From a virus (Duplodnaviria > Caudoviricetes), in the IMG/VR virus record IMGVR_UViG_3300037067_015270, positions 32,001-96,000 of that record: DNA of 64,000 nt. The stretch is one strand, 5' to 3'. Both the position numbers and the translations under genes were made by a program. The notes beneath the pieces were generated by a model. It was not told where the DNA came from. It saw nothing but the letters and a program-made list of their open reading frames with translations, and did no database searches. Each line of letters begins with the position of its first letter. Position 1 is the stretch's first letter. Of the stretch, positions 50,759 to 57,450 are shown piece by piece.

Positions 50759-51175
50759 TTATCCTATTAGTTTACCGAGAAACTTATCTGTCCAAGATTC
50801 TCGTAGTATTGTTTCTGCTATATCGTTTGGATGAGTGATAAAATCTTTCTCATGCTTAATGATTACGCCATCTCTTTCCTTGGCGTAATCTCTGTCTTTT
50901 ATGATTTTTTGCATGCATCGTGTTCGTGGTGTTTCAGACCATGCAGCTATAGTTGGACATAGTTCTTCTTGCGGATTATTATTAAATCTGCCAGATTCCG
51001 TAATCTGACCATTTTTTATAACCCTCTGATGTTTGTGCTTACACTTCGGACAAATAAGAGTAACAGTCTGATTGATAGAAACATCAATTTTTACGAGAAT
51101 AAATCCACCACACCCTCCACCACTCGAAGTGCAATGAATTTCTTGCCATACTTTTGGATTTCGTTGTGTAATCAT
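50759..51175 (-). CDS. Zn-ribbon hypothetical protein
   Basis: C...GCG and CPKCKHKH. Confidence 0.6.
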   Translation of the reverse strand: MITQRNPKVWQEIHCTSSGGGCGGFILVKIDVSINQTVTLICPKCKHKHQRVIKNGQITESGRFNNNPQEELCPTIAAWSETPRTRCMQKIIKDRDYAKERDGVIIKHEKDFITHPNDIAETILRESWTDKFLGKLIG

Positions 51176-51510
51176 CGTTTTCCAAATGTGAACTTCTGCA
51201 TTGCCTTAAATGTGTCGCCGACTTCGATTTTTTCAACAAAAGTCTCAACATCAACAACGGCGTCGTGTGTTACGACATTAACTTGAACCATAGCACCACG
51301 GTCGGTATCTATATAGCTAAAATTGCCACCATAGACCATCAATTTTAACCACGCGCTAAACCAAACTCCACAAGGAACTGCGACCTTGAGTTTCGACGAA
51401 TCGTCGTGAAAATGAACATCTCCGTCGGATTCGTGGATACGAATGTCACCGAGAGTCATTCCTTTTCCGATGTCTTTAGACGGACATACTATTTCACGCT
51501 CACCGCCCAT
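51172..51510 (-). CDS. Hypothetical protein
   Basis: AGGAGG RBS. Promoter TTGTTC-N17-TATAAT at 51563-51591. Confidence 0.65.
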   Translation of the reverse strand: MGGEREIVCPSKDIGKGMTLGDIRIHESDGDVHFHDDSSKLKVAVPCGVWFSAWLKLMVYGGNFSYIDTDRGAMVQVNVVTHDAVVDVETFVEKIEVGDTFKAMQKFTFGKR

Positions 51511-51623
51511 AGTATCCTCCTGGATAGCTAGAATGTTAAAAGACGTTACGCATAGTCCCTATATTATACCACAGCGAAGCACAGAGAACAATTCCTCCTA
51601 TAATCCTCACTCGATCCATTTAA

Positions 51624-52007
51624 TCACCAATCTCCACCCGCCCCGCCCCCGCCGAAGTCGCCGCCACCACCGGAAAAACTGCTATCGCTACCGCCACCAA
51701 GCAAGCCACCGAGATCGAGCGAGCTACTTGTATCGTTGTCGTCGTCAGATGACGAAAATGGTCTGAACGAATCGGATTCATGCTCGGGTTCAGGTTCCCT
51801 CTGAATTGTAGTGCTCGGATGATACAGTATTAATAGCGACCGCAATTGCCGCTCAGTATCGAAGTAGAAACAGCCACGGCTCCAACTACCGTCTCGTTGT
51901 AGATAGAGCGATTCACTGCCAGATTTGTTCAGGCAGTACCACTTACCCCAATACTTCCTGAGAGATTCGTGCTCGTGTTTAACTTGGACGATTGATACTT
52001 TATCCAC
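51624..52007 (-). CDS. Hypothetical protein with a TPM/YgcG-type Gly-rich C-terminal tail
   Basis: Ends SFSGGGGDFGGGGAGGDW. Confidence 0.6.
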   Translation of the reverse strand: MDKVSIVQVKHEHESLRKYWGKWYCLNKSGSESLYLQRDGSWSRGCFYFDTERQLRSLLILYHPSTTIQREPEPEHESDSFRPFSSSDDDNDTSSSLDLGGLLGGGSDSSFSGGGGDFGGGGAGGDW

Positions 52008-52026
52008 AATAAACTCCTATGAAATG

Positions 52027-52842
52027 TTACCAGTCTCCGCCAGACCCACCCCCGCCAAAATCGCCACTACCGCCAGAGTAGCTACTATCACTACTGCTGC
52101 CTCCGCTACTACCCCCACTACCAGCAATGTCGCTGATCACACTACAAATACCGCCACCGCCACTATTGGATACTACTATAGCAATGATAATCAGGATGAC
52201 AATTGCTATGAGTATGATCGTAGCGATACCCCAACCGGTAAGCCAAAAACTAACCGCTGCGGCCCCTGCAACTGCACTAGCCGCAGCGAGCGGGGTCGTG
52301 GATTTTTGTTCAGCTTCCGCCCGCCCTTCAATACGGGTTAGCATAGCATTGATAGCTACTTCGATTCCACCAGCATAGTTTCCAGCCTTGAATTGTGGTT
52401 TAACTTGCTCAGCGAGAATACGGCGACAGACAACATCGGTCAGCTTGTCGCCAATACCACGGCCAGTAGTAATCCATGTTTTGTGTTCTTTGACCGCGAT
52501 GACAAATAGAACGCCATTGTCCTTATCCTTTTGGCCAAGTTTCCATGACTTGGCAGTTTCAATAGCGAATTGGCTGATATCCCTGCCATTCAATGTTGAA
52601 ACAGTAAGAATGACGATCTGATTGCCGGTTTTCTTCTCATATGCAAGAAGAGAATCGCTAAGACTCTTGACTTGGGCCTCGGTGAGAATCTTAGCATCGT
52701 CGTTCACCGGCCCACGCAGAGTTGGTATAAAAGAAGCGGCGCGTGCTTTCTGAATCGCCGGAATCAGCAATCCAGCCAGAATGCCGATAATGGCGATGAC
52801 TACAAGTAATTCGACGAGTGTAAAACCATGTTTGCGTTTCAT
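52027..52842 (-). CDS. TPM (YgcG) domain protein with a prepilin-type N-terminal cleavage/methylation leader
   Basis: Leader [32 protein letters not shown] domain VNDDAKIL...[13 protein letters not shown]...GRG...[14 protein letters not shown] helix and [13 protein letters not shown] tail. Confidence 0.85.
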   Translation of the reverse strand: MKRKHGFTLVELLVVIAIIGILAGLLIPAIQKARAASFIPTLRGPVNDDAKILTEAQVKSLSDSLLAYEKKTGNQIVILTVSTLNGRDISQFAIETAKSWKLGQKDKDNGVLFVIAVKEHKTWITTGRGIGDKLTDVVCRRILAEQVKPQFKAGNYAGGIEVAINAMLTRIEGRAEAEQKSTTPLAAASAVAGAAAVSFWLTGWGIATIILIAIVILIIIAIVVSNSGGGGICSVISDIAGSGGSSGGSSSDSSYSGGSGDFGGGGSGGDW

Positions 52843-53069
52843 TCTTCTCCTCCACAGCCTCCTAGAAATGGGGTAGTAACGGTTGTATAGCCTTTCGCGA
52901 CAGATTGATACAGACGCAGCCCTTGCCTTAAAATCTGTTCCGGCGTAAGTTCTGTCGTCTTACACAACTCGTCGATAGCCGCAGCTTCTTCTGGTGTTGC
53001 GTGGAATTCGATAACCACCATTTTAGTGGAGCCTCCGACGAACCTCAGTTTATGAATTAGACCAGACAC
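52839..53069 (-). CDS. Small ribbon-helix-helix-like protein
   Basis: [24 protein letters not shown]. Confidence 0.45.
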   Translation of the reverse strand: MSGLIHKLRFVGGSTKMVVIEFHATPEEAAAIDELCKTTELTPEQILRQGLRLYQSVAKGYTTVTTPFLGGCGGEE

Positions 53070-53672
53070 CTAGAATTCCACTTTCGGTGCCGTCTTTGCA
53101 GCTTCGACTGCCTCGAAGTTAGCCCATTTCTTGAAGCCGTGGCTGTTGGCTACTATACCAGAAAACAAGCCACCAATTGTGATATTTTGTTCCTTGACCG
53201 CTTTGTTATATCGGTCGCGCTCTTCCTTAATACGATTCTCGGTACCTTCAAGCTGCGATTGGAGGTCCTTGAAATTCTCGTTAGCCTTCAATTCAGGATA
53301 CTTCTCCTGTACCACCATCAAGCGAGACAAGGCCGACGACAGATCACCTTGGGCCTCTGCAAACTTCTTCATCTGAGCAGGATCAGCAGAAGCCGCGTTA
53401 ATATTGATCTGTCCGACCTTCGCCCGAGCATTAGTGACGTTCGTGAAGGTATCTTGCTCGTGCTTCGCGTAGCCCTTCACGACACTGACGAGGTTTGGAA
53501 TGAGATCGAGCCGCCGTTGGAGAGCAGATCCGACGTTAGCAAGCTTCTCTTCGCAGGTGTTATTGCCGACGTTGAGAGAACTATAGCAGCTCCACCACGA
53601 CAGACCGGCGATGACGACGATTAGTAATACGACACCAACAAGACCCAATGCAGCCCAAAGACAACCCTTCAT
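53070..53672 (-). CDS. lemA: LemA family protein
   Basis: QRRLDLIPNLV..VKGYAKHE and EKYPELKANENFKDLQSQLEGTENRI. Confidence 0.92.
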   Translation of the reverse strand: MKGCLWAALGLVGVVLLIVVIAGLSWWSCYSSLNVGNNTCEEKLANVGSALQRRLDLIPNLVSVVKGYAKHEQDTFTNVTNARAKVGQININAASADPAQMKKFAEAQGDLSSALSRLMVVQEKYPELKANENFKDLQSQLEGTENRIKEERDRYNKAVKEQNITIGGLFSGIVANSHGFKKWANFEAVEAAKTAPKVEF

Positions 53673-53791
53673 GACATACTCCTTAGTAAGTGGAACTATA
53701 AAATACTGAATCGGAAAGTTCTACACAGACAACATCTTACATCATCAACGGCGGTCGCTCGATAGTGATCGGACAAGGTTGTTAACTTCTT

Positions 53792-53830
53792 AGAAAAGCG
53801 AATGCACTGGGACATCCCAGTGCATTCGCT
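53792..53830 (-). terminator. Intrinsic terminator closing the RAMP/array locus
   Basis: 16 bp inverted repeat AGCGAATGCACTGGGA-ca-TCCCAGTGCATTCGCT (53797-53830), followed by TTT on the minus strand. Confidence 0.7.
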
Positions 53831-53857
53831 AGACAACCTAAAACCAATCTCCATCGA

Positions 53858-54430
53858 TCAGTTTTGTGGTCGTATGCCGTCCTGTGGCCCCTGCTTAGTT
53901 TGCGACGTCTTCGCTGCTTGTTCATTGAACAGCGACAAGGTATTACCAATTGGTATTCCACCGACATTTGCCTTGGTAACGGCACTTTCGATCTTCTTGA
54001 TGCTACTGGACTCGCTGATGTGAGACATGACACCGAAGATGCTTGCATAGGCACAAGCTTCAATCTTCTGCTCATCGGTTAGTTTATCAAAATGCATTAC
54101 AGCAATCTTCTCACGTCCGCATCGCGCTTTCCTGCGCATCGACTTCATATCACCACGCCGTTTGATGAGATTGTCCTCTCCCATCATATTGCGGAAGCAA
54201 CGAGCATACCGGTCCCAGTCAATATATACATTGTAATCTTGCAGCAAATGCTTCTTAGCTGTCGTGATGCTTCCATACTTGACAGGCTGGCCGATTGCAG
54301 CACTCAACTCCTCCTTGGTGACACTCTTCTCGGGAGTATCCAAACCCCTGAACATAGCGATGACCGTTCGTGTCGCCTCGCTCATGACCTTGATTGGTTG
54401 TCGTGGTGGTACGAATTGTGCTTCTGACAT
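53858..54430 (-). CDS. Hypothetical protein, candidate accessory factor of the RAMP/array system (winged-helix-like N-terminus)
   Basis: 190 aa. Lies between array units and the terminator. VTKEELSAAIGQPV. Confidence 0.6.
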   Translation of the reverse strand: MSEAQFVPPRQPIKVMSEATRTVIAMFRGLDTPEKSVTKEELSAAIGQPVKYGSITTAKKHLLQDYNVYIDWDRYARCFRNMMGEDNLIKRRGDMKSMRRKARCGREKIAVMHFDKLTDEQKIEACAYASIFGVMSHISESSSIKKIESAVTKANVGGIPIGNTLSLFNEQAAKTSQTKQGPQDGIRPQN

Positions 54431-54481
54431 CTCATAACCCTTTCAATTAGTGATGAAACATAAACAGTACTCAGTAAGGAC

Positions 54482-54856
54482 GCTTGTGTTGTCGTGTGGA
54501 GGCTAATCCGGTCACGTCTCGTCTTGACATGGCCAGTGCAGATCTTTGTGTTCGGCGAGTCACTGCTCACCGGGTTATCGAGTCCCGTCAAATTGAATGA
54601 ATGATTGCAAACGAATCTCGTGTTGTGCGGTTGGATCGTGTACCGTGCGGTAACGTTGAGTCATAACATGTCAGGACGCAAGTTGTCATATCGTAAGCTG
54701 TCGCATCGCGTACTGGATCAATCATACAAAAATATCCTCCACCGGTCAATTGACCGGTGGAGGCTCGTGTTATCGGGTCACATTCCGACTAATTCGGTCA
54801 TATCAAGACCCGTACTGTCTCGTGCCATCGAGGCACATGCTGGCGCGATGCGTCAG
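54482..54856 (-). ncRNA. Three pentamer-periodic candidate guide units downstream of the RAMP gene (54486-54596, 54620-54719, 54767-54856)
   Basis: On +, RYN-NN pentamers in register after a GCTT/ATCTC/GCTC leader, e.g. gtg tt atc gg gtc ac att cc gac ta att cg gtc at. Confidence 0.75.
54728..54763 (-). terminator. Perfect 28 bp palindrome followed by a U-tract
   Basis: CCTCCACCGGTCAATTGACCGGTGGAGG (54736-54763), then ATATTTTT on the minus strand. Confidence 0.7.
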
Positions 54857-55452
54857 TCCTGCTTCACCCAGGTCAGTTTCTCGACACTGAACCGACCGTA
54901 ATAGCCGTTATTGCGCGGGCGGAAGAAGCCGATACCGATGAACCGACCGGCTTCTTGGATGTGCTTCAGGAAGATCTCCTCGGTAATCGACTCTTCCAAG
55001 ATGTGGAATACGACGTCCACTTCCCAATTGTTGATGATCGGGAAGCACTTCCAAACGCGCTTGCTGCCGCCGCGTTTGCCGTCGCTGGGCACATACAACC
55101 AAATGCTCTCGACGTTCTCGGCGATATCGGGCAAGACGATCGGTTCGGGGTCGACCAAGGTACCGGCCTCGAAGTACTTCGTATACGTCGCCTTGCCTTT
55201 GCCCGGCACTTGCATCGACAGGTATTTCGCCGCCTCGGCAAGACAATTCTTGAACGCCATCGGCGGGATGAAGACGTGACCGGCGTTGGGGCCGTCCTTC
55301 ATGATATGGAGCCGATTGCGCCAGGTCCGCTTCTCGTAGTCATCCGGTCGCTCCTTGTCGTTCTTCGGGACGTCCATGACGTAGTTGCGACTTTGGCCGT
55401 AGGGCGAGACACCTTTCAGACGAACAGTAGCAGTAATCATAGTAGCATTCAC
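54853..55452 (-). CDS. Stand-alone RAMP (Cas7-like) protein
   Basis: First strand VRLKGVSP, HVFIPPMAFKNCLAEAA (cf. IPGSSLKG) and C-terminal Gly-rich loop GRFIGIGFFRPRNNGYYGRF. The start may be the ATG at 55440. Confidence 0.8.
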   Translation of the reverse strand: MNATMITATVRLKGVSPYGQSRNYVMDVPKNDKERPDDYEKRTWRNRLHIMKDGPNAGHVFIPPMAFKNCLAEAAKYLSMQVPGKGKATYTKYFEAGTLVDPEPIVLPDIAENVESIWLYVPSDGKRGGSKRVWKCFPIINNWEVDVVFHILEESITEEIFLKHIQEAGRFIGIGFFRPRNNGYYGRFSVEKLTWVKQD

Positions 55453-55656
55453 TCCAGTAACATAGGGTTAGAAAGAAAGTAACAGAGAAACAGAAGCTTG
55501 TCTTGATCTATCACATTCAGGGCGGACTAATCTGATCATGTCTAAGCCCGAGCGGGTAGTAGATCGTGTGTTCGATGTTTGGAAAATAGCGCTTGTCATG
55601 TCAAATACCGTCTCAGGTGGGCGTGGCCGGTACTGGGCCGTTCCGCCGCATACTTG

Positions 55657-55685
55657 GTTATAGCACCAATGAAGTGTGTTCTTAA
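55657..55685 (-). promoter_or_regulatory. Promoter TTAAGA-N17-TATAAC (extended -10) for an array unit
   Basis: Exact 17 nt spacing, GTGC immediately before -10. Confidence 0.65.
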
Positions 55686-55773
55686 TTACAAATGAAGCTT
55701 GTCGCGTCGTGTCAGGTTGAATTCGGTGCTGTCATGTCATGGCCCGTCAAAATTGGTCTTGTCGAGCCGATGT

Positions 55774-55802
55774 GTTATAGCACCAGCGAAGCGATTTATT
55801 AA
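55774..55802 (-). promoter_or_regulatory. Promoter TTAATA-N17-TATAAC for an array unit
   Basis: Exact 17 nt spacing, GTGC before -10. Confidence 0.65.
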
Positions 55803-55907
55803 TTGCAAAAGCTTGTCTTGTCATAAGCTGTCGAGTCCCACCTTGTAATGTCGGAGATCGTCGGTACTCGAAGCGGCCTGTCGTGCCGCGTCTGGTCGCG
55901 TCTAGCT

Positions 55908-55936
55908 GTTGTAGCACAAACGAAGTGATTTATTGA
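55908..55936 (-). promoter_or_regulatory. Promoter TCAATA-N17-TACAAC for an array unit
   Basis: Same layout as its neighbours. Confidence 0.55.
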
Positions 55937-56499
55937 TTACAGGTATCGAGATAACACGTTGCAGTTTTTGATATATTGTTAGTGAATCAATGATGTTCGT
56001 TAGAGCGATAGTCGCGGCGATTAAGCCATCAGATCACAGTATAGCTGTCCGGGTCTAGACGTTATTATTTCCATGTTGTAAATGAAGCTCGTGTTGTCCC
56101 GTCGCAAAGCGTCGAGTCCCGACCGGGACTGGGGCGTCTGGTACTAACTTGACCAGTCCGGGTCGCGTCATTGTACTTCGTGAGTATTTGTGTGTATTAT
56201 TTAAAAGCTTGTGTCGTACTGTCCGGTCGTAGCAGAGCATGTGCCGACGAGTCAAGTGCTATCGAGATGAGTCGAAGGCTGTCAAGACGGGCTAATGCTA
56301 GTTTTATAATTGCAATCAAATGAAGCTTGTCTAGTCACGTCGAGTCGGGTCGAGTCTGGGCCGGTCAGGGGCCGTACTATAATGTCATGTCCCAACTGGT
56401 CGAGACGCGACGTGATTTCTTGTGATTTCGAAAAATGAATCTTGTGTTGTCTAATCGAGTAATGTCCCGTCGAGTGCTGTCCCAGCGGGTCATGGGCTG

Positions 56500-56715
56500 T
56501 CAAGGTCGGTCGTGTGTTATCGAGTCGCGTTGCGTCAGATGCCAATTGCCACAGTCTGGGCATTTATATGCCGCCATTCTACTAGTGGTCTCTGCCGACG
56601 ATTTGCTCGGATATTTCACCTTGCCGAGACACCCCTGTAGTCTACGAGCACGATTCTGCATCAACAGCCACTTCTGCTTTCGTCGCTCGGCGGCTGCTGA
56701 CGCAGTATGTTTCAT
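56500..56715 (-). CDS. Small Zn-binding phage protein embedded in the array
   Basis: MKHTAS...CLGKVKY...AYKCPDCGNWHLT motif. Confidence 0.55.
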   Translation of the reverse strand: MKHTASAAAERRKQKWLLMQNRARRLQGCLGKVKYPSKSSAETTSRMAAYKCPDCGNWHLTQRDSITHDRP

Positions 56716-56790
56716 AATCTTTGTCTGGTCGAGTGCTGTCTTGTCAAGTCGAGTCGCGGGGCGACTCGCGCTAACCAGTCTTACTGCTAT

Positions 56791-56819
56791 TTTATAGCAC
56801 AACATCTAGTAGTTATTAA
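56791..56819 (-). promoter_or_regulatory. Promoter TTAATA-N17-TATAAA at the 5' end of the array
   Basis: Exact 17 nt spacing, GTGC before -10. Confidence 0.65.
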
Positions 56820-56826
56820 TTCTAGA

Positions 56827-57087
56827 TCAAGTCTGCCCTGTCAGACGTCGAAATTCAGCTTCGATATCGCATTCTGTTTCAACTGTTTCATAGGCACCAA
56901 TGCTAGTACCTATAAACTCCCTGATTTTGTTCTCAATATCCAATGGAGTCATCGGCGGCTGCCAAGTCGCCTTGTATTCGACCAATTCTTCCCAACACTC
57001 GTTGCAGATATATCTCGTGCCATCGAGGATAAGCCTATCGCACATAACGTTCGGGCAGCTACGTCGATCACAAGCTAATACGCTCAT
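56827..57087 (-). CDS. Small Cys-rich phage protein
   Basis: CDRRSCPNVMCDR...YICNECWEEL. Confidence 0.6.
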   Translation of the reverse strand: MSVLACDRRSCPNVMCDRLILDGTRYICNECWEELVEYKATWQPPMTPLDIENKIREFIGTSIGAYETVETECDIEAEFRRLTGQT

Positions 57088-57090
57088 TTC

Positions 57091-57450
57091 TCAACCTCTT
57101 GGGGATACGCTGTGACGACCGGAAAGCATACCGTCGTCGTCACCAAGCAACCAGAATTGACCGAACTCATTGGTAGAAGTATAGCGATAGCTGAATTCGA
57201 AGTCCGCTGGGTCCAGGCTCACTCGCTGCAAGAACTCAACAATCTGTGCTCGCAGCTTGACCTTAATATCCTCTTCGTCGTTGCCGATCACAGCCTTCCA
57301 ATGCGTGGTCGGATGCTTCGGGACACCAACACAGCCCATTGCCCTTTTGGCATAGGCCACACTGTGCTTCTCATCGTTGATGATGAAGTGGATTTCTTTC
57401 AGAATAGCAACAATCATGATGATTCCTTTTGTTCTGGTGAGCCATACCAC
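57091..57450 (-). CDS. Hypothetical protein
   Basis: ORF in an early operon. Confidence 0.5.
   Translation of the reverse strand: MVWLTRTKGIIMIVAILKEIHFIINDEKHSVAYAKRAMGCVGVPKHPTTHWKAVIGNDEEDIKVKLRAQIVEFLQRVSLDPADFEFSYRYTSTNEFGQFWLLGDDDGMLSGRHSVSPRG

Larger units (their letters stand above)
55493..56787 (-). ncRNA. Array of nine clear and one degenerate pentamer-periodic candidate guide units upstream of the RAMP gene
   Basis: Units on + at 55500-55559, 55595-55654, 55701-55770, 55815-55904, 56091-56165, 56211-56295, 56329-56418, 56444-56548 and 56723-56787, plus a degenerate one at ~55989-56062. Each begins with (TGA)AGCTT-like and runs as GTC-NN pentamers, separated by AT-rich linkers. 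Confidence 0.85.

Noticed and set aside
53830-53900. Possible extra guide unit overlapping the 3' end of the 190 aa gene
   Set aside because: Only a few pentamers are in register (gtc gt atg cc gtc ct gtg gc) and there is no end motif.
54382-54901. ORFs 54382-54591 (-) and 54605-54901 (+)
   Set aside because: They lie over the pentamer units. Period-5 structure is hard to reconcile with codon constraints, and the peptides are just translations of the repeat.
55493-56787. Canonical CRISPR array or TIGR array
   Set aside because: There are no identical 23-47 bp direct repeats with unique spacers and no box C/D-like motifs. The adjacent protein is RAMP-like, not Nop-domain.
56055-56797. ORFs 56055-56255, 56282-56563 and 56435-56797
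   Set aside because: Same reason: TR/LD-rich translations of (GAC-NN)n. Only 56500-56715 has a real protein motif.
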